Source: an uncultured Solirubrobacteraceae bacterium (GTDB lineage Bacteria > Actinomycetota > Thermoleophilia > Solirubrobacterales > Solirubrobacteraceae). From it: 64,000 nucleotides of DNA. The notes below the pieces were generated by a model that worked only from the letters and a program-made list of their open reading frames with translations, made no database searches and was not told where the DNA came from. The position numbers were made by a program, and so were the translations under genes. The DNA lies in the NCBI GenBank assembly GCA_963756465.1, contig CAVWNK010000004.1, positions 152,203 through 216,202 on the forward strand, written 5' to 3'. Numbering within the stretch: the first letter of the stretch is position 1; each line of letters opens with the position of its first letter. Positions 17,692 to 26,486 of this stretch are shown here, piece by piece.

Positions 17692-19287
17692 ATGGCGGTG
17701 ACCGCGTCGGACGCTCCCCTGATCGCCTGCGTGAGCCCGGTCGACGGCACCACGCTGGGCAGCGTCGCCGCGACCGTGCCGGCCGACGTCCCGCCCGCCG
17801 TCGTCGAGGCGGCGGAGGTCCAGCAGCTGTGGGCGCAGCTGCGCTACGCCGACCGGGCGCGCTATCTGTCGCGCGCGGCTCAGGCGATCATCGACGAGTG
17901 GGACGACATCGTCCGCGTGGTCGTCGACGAGCAGGGCCGCCCGATCGCCGAGGCGCAGACGATGGAGCTGCTGCCCGCCGTCGAGACGCTGCTCTGGCTC
18001 GCCGAGCACGGGCCACGCATCCTCGGACCCGAGCGCGTCGGCCTGTCGCGCACGCTGCAGCCGGCCAAGCGCGCGCGGCTGACGTTCGAGCCGCTCGGCG
18101 TCGTCGCCGTGCTGACGCCCGGGGCCGAGCCGTTCTCGACGCCGCTCGGTGACATCGCGATCGCGCTGATGGGCGGAAACGGCGTCGTGCTGCACCCGTC
18201 GCCGCTGGCGGCGCTGGCGGGCGAGCGGATCGGGCGCGCCTTCATGCGCGCCGGGCTGCCCGAGGGGTTGCTGCAGGTCGTCCACGGCGGGCCGCAGACG
18301 GCGCGCGCGCTCGTCTCCGCGCGCGACATCGCGCACGTCCGCTTCACCGGCTCCTCGCAGGCCGGCCGCGACGTCGGCGAGGCATGCGCACGCGAATTGA
18401 AGCGCGCGACGATCGAGGTCGGCGGCAAGGACCCGATGCTCGTCCTCGCCGACTGCAACGTCCCGCGCGCGGTCGCGGGGGCGCTCTGGGGCGCGTTCGC
18501 GAACGCCGGCCAGTCCGGCGGCTCGGTCGCACGGGCCTACGTGTCCGAGGAGCGCTTCGAGCGCTTCCTGGCAGGCGTCGTCGTGCGCGCGCGCGAGCTG
18601 CGCGTCGGCGATCCCAGCGATCCGCGCACGGAGATCGGGCCGCTGCTGGCGCCCGACCGCGTGGAGCGCCTCGTCGAGCTCATCGGCGCGGCGGTCGCGG
18701 CCGGCGCGACGCTGCACTGCGGCGGACCGCGGACGGTCGCCGGCCGCCGGGGCGCGTACTTCGCCCCCGCCGTGCTGACCGGCGTGCCGCACGACGCGCG
18801 GCTGCTGCACGAGGACGCGCCCGGCCCCTGGCTGGCGATCGAGGCGGTCGCCTCCGAGCAGGCCGGGATCGCGCGCTGCAACGCCGGGACCAGCGGCCTC
18901 GGCGCGTCGGTCTGGACGGCCGACCAGTACAAGGGCGCCCGCGTCGCGCGCGAGATCCGTGCCGGGATGGTGTGGATGAACGACCACATCGTCGCGCGCA
19001 CCGAGCCGCAGCTTCCGTGGGGCGCCGTGCACGGCAGCGGGATCGGCCGCGCGCGCGGGACAGCCGCGCTGCGGGCGATGGTCGAGCCGAAGCTCGTCAC
19101 CTGGGACCCGCCCGCCGGCCGGATGCCGTGGTGGCAGCCCTACGACGCCGCGCTGGTGGCAGCCTGGCGCGCGCTCGCGCGGCTGCGCTCGGCGCGCGAC
19201 AGCGACCGCGAGCGCGGCTTGCGCGACGGCGCGCTACCGCTGGCGCGGGTGGCGGGACGGTCGCTGCGAGCCGTGCGGCGGCGCTGA
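17692..19287 (+). CDS. Aldehyde dehydrogenase-family protein. The catalytic Cys position appears to be Gly.
   Basis: FTGSSQAGRDVG and EVGGKDP (general-base Glu) are present. Where GQxCxAxxR is expected, the sequence reads FANAGQSGGSVARAYV. Confidence 0.85.
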   Translation: MAVTASDAPLIACVSPVDGTTLGSVAATVPADVPPAVVEAAEVQQLWAQLRYADRARYLSRAAQAIIDEWDDIVRVVVDEQGRPIAEAQTMELLPAVETLLWLAEHGPRILGPERVGLSRTLQPAKRARLTFEPLGVVAVLTPGAEPFSTPLGDIAIALMGGNGVVLHPSPLAALAGERIGRAFMRAGLPEGLLQVVHGGPQTARALVSARDIAHVRFTGSSQAGRDVGEACARELKRATIEVGGKDPMLVLADCNVPRAVAGALWGAFANAGQSGGSVARAYVSEERFERFLAGVVVRARELRVGDPSDPRTEIGPLLAPDRVERLVELIGAAVAAGATLHCGGPRTVAGRRGAYFAPAVLTGVPHDARLLHEDAPGPWLAIEAVASEQAGIARCNAGTSGLGASVWTADQYKGARVAREIRAGMVWMNDHIVARTEPQLPWGAVHGSGIGRARGTAALRAMVEPKLVTWDPPAGRMPWWQPYDAALVAAWRALARLRSARDSDRERGLRDGALPLARVAGRSLRAVRRR

Positions 19288-19417
19288 CGCAACACGCACG
19301 CGCGCCGGCTGACCCCCGCTCGTCGCGTCCGAGGCGCCCGCGCCGGGCGGATCGCTCGATGCCGCGGACGGCGCGCGCGATCGTGCAACGACCGCGGCGG
19401 CGTCGTACGCTGCCCGG

Positions 19418-19759
19418 ATGCCCGGACTCGACGCCCCCGACGAGATCGACGTGATCGCCGAAGACGCCGACGGCAGCGCGCTGCTGTCGATCATCCAGAC
19501 CGGTGCATGGTCCAGGGAGGGTTCCGAGCGCGGGCGGCTCAAGCGCAAGCTCGGCCTGTACCTGCGCTACGCGCTGGAGGGCCAGATGGTCGCGACGTAC
19601 CCGACCCTCGAGGGCCGCCCGGTCGTGATCGCGCTGATGTACGACGAGGAGCCCTCGCAGGCGGTGCGCGACTACTGGCGCCGCCGCGGCGAGACCGCCG
19701 CGCGCGACGGCGTGACGCTGAAGCTGCAGGCGCTCGGCGACACCGTCTGGCGCGCGTAG
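19418..19759 (+). CDS. Hypothetical protein (113 aa)
   Basis: ATG start, consistently high GC3, no recognizable catalytic motif. Confidence 0.6.
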   Translation: MPGLDAPDEIDVIAEDADGSALLSIIQTGAWSREGSERGRLKRKLGLYLRYALEGQMVATYPTLEGRPVVIALMYDEEPSQAVRDYWRRRGETAARDGVTLKLQALGDTVWRA

Positions 19760-20012
19760 GCCGCGATTTCGGGCGCGCGCGGGCGCCGCTGGATCGGTCA
19801 TACGAAATGCGAGCAGAACGCACCTGCATGCTGTGCGCCGTTGTGGTGGCGCTTTTCTGTTGACATGGAGCACAAATGCGCCACCACGACGGCTCAGATC
19901 AGACCAGCGCCCCGCCGGGAGCCGGCGCGACCGCCGCCACCACGAACACCCACCCCCCTCGTCGATGCCGTTCCTGCTGGCGCCGCGGCCGAGTTCCCAG
20001 CGTGCGAGCCTG

Positions 20013-20813
20013 CTAGTCCTGCCGCGCGCTCGACACGAAGCGCAGCCGCCCCGGCGCGAGCGGCACGAGCACGCGCTTGGCGTACTCCGCCCCACCGCGC
20101 AGCATGAGCGCGCGCAGCGGGTCCCAGGAAAGGCCGAACTGGCGTCGCAGGCCGACGGGCAGCAGCCCGACGGTGATGAAGTTCACGAGCTGCAGCGCCG
20201 GGCGCTTGGCGAGGCCGACCGGCGGGCGCATGACGATCTGCAGCGCCAGCTCGCGCGCGGCGGTGGTCACGAACAGGTCCGGGCCGGTGAGCATGCCGTG
20301 CATGTAGGCGTCGAAGCCGTCGATGTCGGCGGGCATCTCGTCGTCGCGCAGGCCGAACAGGCCGCCGATCACGCGGTAGTCCTGCCAGTAGGCGTCGCGC
20401 TCGGCCCGCGACAGCGAGGAGACGTACCTGTCGTAGAAGACGAGCGCCGAGTCGACGAGCGTCGCCAGCACCCACAGCAGCAGCTCCGGGTCGTCGGCGG
20501 CGAACGGCGTGCCGGCCGGGAAGCGGCCGGCGGGGCGCGCGAGCTCGCCGCGCACGCGCCCGTGCATCGCCCGCACCCGCCGCGTCGCGCGGTCGGCGTC
20601 CGCGCGCGAGCCGAACGCGATCGTGTTCATCACCTCGGCGGTCCGCGCAAGGCGCTCGTAGGGCTCGTCGAGCGCGCCCGTGTGGGCGAAGAAGCCCTCG
20701 AACGCGACCGGGTGCGCGGCCTGCATGAGCAGCGCCCGCGGGCCCGACAGCGCGACCGCGACCTCGCGATGCACGCGGCGCAGCGTCGAGTTGTCGTCGA
20801 AGTAGGAGTCCAT
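20013..20813 (-). CDS. DUF2236 / MpaB-family oxygenase-like protein
   Basis: LRRVHRE..., GPRALLMQAAHP..., AMHGRVRG. Start taken at MDSYFDD (ATG 20813). The track start is 20858. Confidence 0.8.
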   Translation of the reverse strand: MDSYFDDNSTLRRVHREVAVALSGPRALLMQAAHPVAFEGFFAHTGALDEPYERLARTAEVMNTIAFGSRADADRATRRVRAMHGRVRGELARPAGRFPAGTPFAADDPELLLWVLATLVDSALVFYDRYVSSLSRAERDAYWQDYRVIGGLFGLRDDEMPADIDGFDAYMHGMLTGPDLFVTTAARELALQIVMRPPVGLAKRPALQLVNFITVGLLPVGLRRQFGLSWDPLRALMLRGGAEYAKRVLVPLAPGRLRFVSSARQD

Positions 20814-20966
20814 CGGCCTAGATGGTTGTGGAGTCAACCATATCTCGGGTCCTGACACCGATTACGGGCCATTACCCTGTGACGGATGCCAGCACAGGCC
20901 TATGCCGGGAAGGACTGCGTCTGCCAACTGCGCAAGGGCATCTGCGACCAGTCTTGCGTCCGGGGC

Positions 20967-21629
20967 ATGCTCGACACCCCGTTCTACATCGCGTGCCTGA
21001 AGCTGTCGGGCCGGCGCTGCCTCGTCGTCGGCGGCGGCGAGATCGGCCTCGAGAAGGTCGAGGGCCTGCTCGCCTGCGACGCGACCGTGTCGCTGATCGC
21101 GCCCGCGGCGAACGACGAGCTGCGCGCGCTCGCCGCCGAGGGCTCGATCGACTGGGAGCAGCGCGAGTACGCCGGGCCGCGCGACCTCGAGGGCGCGTTC
21201 ATGGTCATCGCCTGCACCGACGATACGGACATCAACATCCGCGTCTTCGACGACGCCGAGCAGCGCGCGATGCTCGTCAACATCGTCGACGTACCGCCGC
21301 TGTGCAACTTCATCCTGCCGGCGATCGTCCGCAGCGGGCCGCTGGCGATCGCGATCTCGACGGCGGGCGCGTCGCCCGCGCTCGCCAAGCGCATGAAGGC
21401 CGAGGTCTCCGAGCTCTTCGGCGCGGAGTACGCACGGCTGGCGATCCTGCTCAACGACGCGCGCGGCTGGGCGAAGGGGACGCTGCCGACCTACCAGGAC
21501 CGCAAGGCGTTCTTCGAGTCGATCGTCAACGGCGAGCCCGACCCCGTCGCGCTGCTGCGCGGCGGTGACGAGCAGGCCGTGCTCGACCTGATCGCCGCCG
21601 CGCAGCAGACGCACACGTCAAGCATCTAG
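20967..21629 (+). CDS. sirC: Precorrin-2 dehydrogenase / sirohydrochlorin ferrochelatase (SirC/CysG N-terminal type). Alternative start at 20886.
   Basis: [19 protein letters not shown] Rossmann motif. [37 protein letters not shown]. Confidence 0.8.
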   Translation: MLDTPFYIACLKLSGRRCLVVGGGEIGLEKVEGLLACDATVSLIAPAANDELRALAAEGSIDWEQREYAGPRDLEGAFMVIACTDDTDINIRVFDDAEQRAMLVNIVDVPPLCNFILPAIVRSGPLAIAISTAGASPALAKRMKAEVSELFGAEYARLAILLNDARGWAKGTLPTYQDRKAFFESIVNGEPDPVALLRGGDEQAVLDLIAAAQQTHTSSI

Positions 21630-21639
21630 GGCCACCGGC

Positions 21640-22752
21640 CTGCACCCGCGCGCGGCCATCACGGCGGTCTTCGCCGCCAACGGCGCGGCGTTTGCGAGCT
21701 TCGCCGCGCGGCTGCCCGACCTGCAGCGCCGGCACGAGCTCTCCGACGGCGGCCTCGGGATCGTCCTGCTGATCGGCGCGGTCGCGCTGATGGCGGCGCA
21801 GCCGCTCGCCGGCGCGCTGGCCGTGCGGATCGGCAGCCGGCCGGTGCTCGTCGCCGGCGGCCTCGTCTACATGCTGGGGCTGCCGCTCGTCGGCCTCGCC
21901 CCGGCGGTCGTGCTGTTCGCGGCGGCGTTCGTCCTGATCGCGATCGGCTCGAGCGCCATGGACGTGAGCATGAACGCCCAGGGGATCGCGCTGGACCAGC
22001 GCGGCGAGCGCCCGATCTTCGCCTCCTTTCACGCCGCCTTCTCGTTCGGCGCGATGGCCGGCGCGGGCGCGGGCAGCGTCGCCGCCGGCGTCGGCCTCGC
22101 GCCCGATCTGCACTTCGCGATCGCGGGCGCGCTGCTGGCGCTGCTGCTGCTCGCGGCGCGCCGCGGCCTGCTGCCGGCGACGACCGACGCCAGCCCGGAG
22201 GGCGCGCTGTTCGCCCGCCCGTCGCGGGCACTTGCCGGCCTCGGCGCGCTCGCGTTCTGCGCGCTGCTGGCCGAGGGCTCGGTCAGCGACTGGAGCGCGA
22301 TCCTGCTCGATCGCGAGACCGACGCGGGGCCGTCGCTGGCCGCGCTCGGCCTGGCCGCGTTCTCGCTGACGATGGGCTGCGGGCGGCTCGCCGCCGACCC
22401 GCTCGCCGGTCGCTGGGGGCGCGTCGCGGTCGTGCGCGCCGGCGCGCTGCTCGCCTTCGCCGGGCTGGCGCTCGCGCTCGCGACCGCCAGCGCGCCGATC
22501 GGGATCGCGGGCTTCGCGCTGATGGGCGCGGGCCTCGCCGGCCTGTTCCCGCTCGCGCTCAGCGCGGCCGGCGACATGGACGGGCCGGCGGCGCCCGCGC
22601 TCGCCGCCGTCGCGACGAGCGGCTACGGGGCGTTCATCGCCGGCCCGGCGCTGATCGGCCTGATCTCCGAGGCGACGAGCCTGCCGGCCGCGTTGTCGCT
22701 CGTCGGCGTGCTGTGCCTCGCGGCCGCCGCGCTCGCGCGCTCGACGCGCTGA
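21640..22752 (+). CDS. MFS transporter. The start is unresolved, probably CTG at 21640. The first canonical start is ATG 21790.
   Basis: Multiple hydrophobic helices. An in-frame upstream stretch, AAITAVFAANGAAFASFAARLPDLQ...LGIVLLIGAVAL, looks like TM1 and TM2. It contains no ATG, GTG or TTG. Confidence 0.7.
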   Translation: MHPRAAITAVFAANGAAFASFAARLPDLQRRHELSDGGLGIVLLIGAVALMAAQPLAGALAVRIGSRPVLVAGGLVYMLGLPLVGLAPAVVLFAAAFVLIAIGSSAMDVSMNAQGIALDQRGERPIFASFHAAFSFGAMAGAGAGSVAAGVGLAPDLHFAIAGALLALLLLAARRGLLPATTDASPEGALFARPSRALAGLGALAFCALLAEGSVSDWSAILLDRETDAGPSLAALGLAAFSLTMGCGRLAADPLAGRWGRVAVVRAGALLAFAGLALALATASAPIGIAGFALMGAGLAGLFPLALSAAGDMDGPAAPALAAVATSGYGAFIAGPALIGLISEATSLPAALSLVGVLCLAAAALARSTR

Positions 22753-22829
22753 TACAACCGCCCTCGTGAAGCGGACGTCGCTCGACGGCGGCTGCGGGTG
22801 ACGCGCCGGCCTGAAGTAGCGTCCGATCC

Positions 22830-23519
22830 GTGCCACAGACCGCTCCCGCCCTCGTCCTGCGCGGCGCCGGGCGTCGCTATGGCGAGCGCGCCGCGCTGCG
22901 CGACGTCACGCTCGAGCTCGAGTTCGGACGCACGCTCGTCGTCTTCGGCCCCAACGGCGCCGGCAAGACGACGCTGCTGCGGATGCTCGCCACGCTGCTG
23001 CGCCCGCACGCCGGCACGGTCTGCGTGCTCGGCCACGAGCTGCCCGCCGACGGCTACGCCGTGCGCGGGCGGATCGGCTTTCTCGGCCACGATGCGCTGC
23101 TGTACCGCGAGCTGAGCGGGCGCGAGAACCTGACCTTCCACGCGCGCCTGCACGGCGTCGCGGCAGAGCGCGTCGACGAGGTGCTCGACGCCGTCGGCAT
23201 GACCGCGCGCAGCGGCGATCCCGTCGCCGAGCTGTCGCGCGGGATGATCCAGCGCCTGGCGATCGCGCGCGCGGTGCTGCACGAGCCCGAGTTGCTGCTG
23301 CTCGACGAGCCGCTCGCCAACCTCGACCCCGCCGCGGCGGCGCAGGTGGCGCCGCTGATCGGCGCGGCGAGCGCGACGACGCGCGTCGTCACGAGCCACG
23401 ACCCGGCCGGCGGGCTGCGTGGGGCCGACGTGGCGCTCGGCCTCAAGGGCGGGCGCGTCGCGCTGCTCGCGCCGGCGTCGCAGGTCACGCCGGCGCAGAT
23501 CGCCGAGCTCTACAGATGA
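22830..23519 (+). CDS. ccmA: ABC ATPase, heme exporter CcmA-like
   Basis: Walker [15 protein letters not shown], signature LSRGMIQRLAIARA, Walker B LLLLDEP. Directly followed by ccmB and ccmC. Confidence 0.8.
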   Translation: MPQTAPALVLRGAGRRYGERAALRDVTLELEFGRTLVVFGPNGAGKTTLLRMLATLLRPHAGTVCVLGHELPADGYAVRGRIGFLGHDALLYRELSGRENLTFHARLHGVAAERVDEVLDAVGMTARSGDPVAELSRGMIQRLAIARAVLHEPELLLLDEPLANLDPAAAAQVAPLIGAASATTRVVTSHDPAGGLRGADVALGLKGGRVALLAPASQVTPAQIAELYR

Positions 23520-24190
23520 GAGCGACGGTGGCGGCGCTGCTGTCCAAGGAGCTGACGCTCGAGTGGCGCACGCGCGAGTCGGTCCCCGCGATGGCGCTGT
23601 TCAGCATCGCGACGTACGTCATCTTCCACTTCGGCCTCGATCGCGACCGCGTCACCGGCGACCTCGCGGCGGGCGTGCTGCTCGTGACGCTGCTGTTCGC
23701 GGCGATCTTGGGCATCAACCGGCTGTTCGTCGCCGAGTACGAGCAGGGCGGCTTCGACGGCTTCCTGCTGGCGCCGGTCGACCGCACCGCGATGCTCGTC
23801 GCCAAGGCGCTGACGCTGCTGCTCTTCCTCTGCGCCGTCGAGCTCGTCGCCGTGCCGGCGTTCGCGCTGCTGCTGCTCGGCCCGCCGCTGACGCAGGCGC
23901 TGCCGGCGCTGCTGCTCGTCCTGATGCTCACGAACGCGGGGATCGCGGTGATCGGGACGCTCGTCGCGGGCCTTGCGATCCAGACCCGCGCGCGCGATCT
24001 GATCGTGCCGCTGATCGCGTTGCCGCTGCTGGTGCCGGTCCTGCTGGCCGCCGCGCGCTGCGCGACGCCGCTGCTGCAGGACGGCGGCGCGGGTGCGCTG
24101 CCAGGGAACTGGCTGGCGATCCTCGCCATCTATGATCTGCTGTTCGCGCTGATCGCGTTCGCGGTCTTCGATTTCCTCCTGGAGGACTGA
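23516..24190 (+). CDS. ccmB: Heme exporter protein CcmB
   Basis: Six-helix membrane protein with the CcmB-like block INRLFVAEYEQGGFDGFLLAPV. ATGA overlap with ccmA. Confidence 0.8.
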   Translation: MRATVAALLSKELTLEWRTRESVPAMALFSIATYVIFHFGLDRDRVTGDLAAGVLLVTLLFAAILGINRLFVAEYEQGGFDGFLLAPVDRTAMLVAKALTLLLFLCAVELVAVPAFALLLLGPPLTQALPALLLVLMLTNAGIAVIGTLVAGLAIQTRARDLIVPLIALPLLVPVLLAAARCATPLLQDGGAGALPGNWLAILAIYDLLFALIAFAVFDFLLED

Positions 24191-24240
24191 CCATCCTGTA
24201 CGGCAAGGGCCTGCGCGCCCTCTCACTCGCCACCCCGCTC

Positions 24241-24921
24241 GTGCTGACGGCCGCCTTCGCGCTCGTCTTCTTCTACGCGCCGCTGGACGCCGACCAGGGC
24301 TTCGTGCAGAAGATCTTCTACGTGCACGTGCCGATGGCGATCGTCGCGCTCGTGGGCTTCGTCGCCGGCGCCATCTTCGGCCTCATGCACCTGCGCACGA
24401 ACGCCGCTGCGTGGGACATGCGCTCCTACGTGACGATCCACATCTCCGTGATCCTCGCCGTCGGCGTCCTCATCACCGGCTCGATCTGGGCGCGCGCCTC
24501 GTGGGGACATTGGTGGGTCTGGGACGAGCCGATGCTCGTCTCGTTCTTGATCGTCTTCTTGCTCTACGCGACGTACTGGCCGCTGCGCTTCTCGATCGAG
24601 GACAAGCAGAAGCAGAGCCGCTACGCCTCGGTCTTCGCGATCGTCGCCGGCGCGTTCGTGCCGCTGAACTTCGCCGCCGTGCGGATGGCGGAGAGCTTCA
24701 CGCACCCGCCGACGGGCTCGACGGTCACGACCGCGCCCGAGAAGGTGACGCTGACGCTGCTGATGGCGCTGCTCGGCATGAGCCTGCTGTTCGTCACGCT
24801 CGTCAAGTACGAGATGGCCTCCAAGCACGCGACGTTCCGCCTGCGTGCGCTGCGCCGCCGCCTCGCCGGCGACGACGACGACCTGTCCCTGACCGGCCGC
24901 AGCGCGGCGCCGCAGCTCTGA
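24241..24921 (+). CDS. ccmC: Heme lyase-associated heme handler CcmC. The true start is probably upstream, CTG 24187.
   Basis: IFYVHVP and the Trp-rich motif WGHWWVWDEP. Confidence 0.85.
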   Translation: MLTAAFALVFFYAPLDADQGFVQKIFYVHVPMAIVALVGFVAGAIFGLMHLRTNAAAWDMRSYVTIHISVILAVGVLITGSIWARASWGHWWVWDEPMLVSFLIVFLLYATYWPLRFSIEDKQKQSRYASVFAIVAGAFVPLNFAAVRMAESFTHPPTGSTVTTAPEKVTLTLLMALLGMSLLFVTLVKYEMASKHATFRLRALRRRLAGDDDDLSLTGRSAAPQL

Positions 24922-24922
24922 G

Positions 24923-25126
24923 ATGCCGGCACTTCCGCTCGACGAGGCCGGCAAGTACGTCGCCGCGGCGTATCTCGTCTTCGTCGGTCTGCTCCTCGTC
25001 TACGTATGGATCATGGCGTCGAAGCTGAGCAGGCTCGAGCGCGAGGTCGTCGAGCTGGCCGAGCTCGTCGAGCGCGAGCAGGACGGGCCCGCGTCCGAGC
25101 AGCGTACGAAGGAGACGGTGGCGTGA
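24923..25126 (+). CDS. ccmD: CcmD-like small membrane protein
   Basis: 67 aa with a single TM (YVAAAYLVFVGLLLVYVWIM) followed by a charged helix. Sits immediately after ccmC. Confidence 0.6.
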   Translation: MPALPLDEAGKYVAAAYLVFVGLLLVYVWIMASKLSRLEREVVELAELVEREQDGPASEQRTKETVA

Positions 25127-26475
25127 CGGCGGAGCTGATCACGCTCGGGATCTCGCACAAGACCGCGTCCGTCGAGATGCGCGAGCGCCTGGCGCTGACG
25201 CAGAGCGCCGTCACCGGCTTTCTGCAGGACGTCGTCGAGCACCCCGACGTGCACGAGGCCGTCGTCATCTCGACCTGCAACCGCACCGAGCTGACGCTCG
25301 TCGTCGGCGACGCGGTCCGCGCCGAGAGCGCGGTCCTGGGGATCCTCGCCGAGCGCGCGCACGTGCGCCCGACCGAGCTCGCCGAACGGATCTACTCGCC
25401 GCGCAACTGCGATGCCGCGCGCCAGCTCTTCCGCGTCTGCGCGGGCCTGGAGTCGATGATCGTCGGCGAGGCCGAGATCCAGGGCCAGGTCAAGCGCGCC
25501 TACGAGGTCGCGCTCGCCGCCGGCACGACCGGGCCGCTGACGAGCCGCCTCTTCACGGCGGCACTGCAGACCGGCAAGCGCGCCCGCTCGGAGACCTCGA
25601 TCGGGCAGGGGCGGGCGTCGGTCTCGTCGACCGCCGTCGAGCTCGCCAGCGACGTGCTCGACGGCAACCCCGATCCGCGCGTCGTCATCGTCGGCGCCGG
25701 CGTCACGAGCGAGCTGACCGCCCGCGCGCTCGCCGACTCGGGCGTCTCGACGATCTTCGTCGCCAACCGCCATGCCGACCGCGCGCGCTCGCTCGCCGAC
25801 CGCTTCGGCGGCCACGTCGTCGCGCTCGACGACCTGCCCGAGCAGCTCGTGCGCGCCGATGTCGTCGTCGCCTCGACCGCCTCGCCGCACCCGATCGTCG
25901 GCGTCGAGGAGCTCGAGCTCGTCATGCGCGCACGCGCGGGGCGGCCGCTGCTGCTCGTCGACATCGCGGTCCCGCGCGACATCGATCCCGCCTGCGCCGA
26001 CCTGCCGGGCGTGACGCTCTTCGACATGGACGACCTGCAGGCGCGCGTCGCCCACACCGTGATGGTGCGCGAGGCCGAGGCGCTGCGCGCCGAGGCGATC
26101 GTCGAGGAGGAGATCTCGCGCTTCGCCGAGTGGCTCGGCACGCTCGCGGTGCAGCCGACGATCCGCGCGCTGCGCGAGCACGGCGACGTGATCGTCGAGC
26201 AGGTGCTGGCCGAGAACGCCACGCGCTGGGAGCACGCCTCCGAGCGCGACATCGCGCGCGCCGAGGCGATCGCACGCGCGGTCATGAACCGCCTGCTGCA
26301 CGAGCCGACGCTGCGGCTGCGCACGATGGGCGAGCACCACGCGCACGGGCGCCTGCAGATCATGCGCGAGCTGTTCGGCCTCGAGGGCGCGCCGGACACG
26401 CCCGACGTCGTCGAGACGACGGACGTCGAGCGCGACAACGTGCGCTCGCTGCCGCGCCGCGCGTCGTCCTCGTAG
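25123..26475 (+). CDS. hemA: Glutamyl-tRNA reductase
   Basis: LGISHKTASVEMRERLAL, STCNRTEL, ESMIVGEAEIQGQVK, IVGAG. GTG 25123 overlaps the ccmD stop (GTGA), with AGGAGA upstream. Confidence 0.93.
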   Translation: MTAELITLGISHKTASVEMRERLALTQSAVTGFLQDVVEHPDVHEAVVISTCNRTELTLVVGDAVRAESAVLGILAERAHVRPTELAERIYSPRNCDAARQLFRVCAGLESMIVGEAEIQGQVKRAYEVALAAGTTGPLTSRLFTAALQTGKRARSETSIGQGRASVSSTAVELASDVLDGNPDPRVVIVGAGVTSELTARALADSGVSTIFVANRHADRARSLADRFGGHVVALDDLPEQLVRADVVVASTASPHPIVGVEELELVMRARAGRPLLLVDIAVPRDIDPACADLPGVTLFDMDDLQARVAHTVMVREAEALRAEAIVEEEISRFAEWLGTLAVQPTIRALREHGDVIVEQVLAENATRWEHASERDIARAEAIARAVMNRLLHEPTLRLRTMGEHHAHGRLQIMRELFGLEGAPDTPDVVETTDVERDNVRSLPRRASSS

Positions 26476-26486
26476 GAGCCCTGGCC

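Noticed and set aside
13536-17753. 1405-aa track ORF on the - strand
   Set aside because: Only the last ~443 aa (M20 peptidase) are credible. The remainder runs antisense to rarA and out of frame through the cytochrome c lipoprotein gene, and is Arg-rich.
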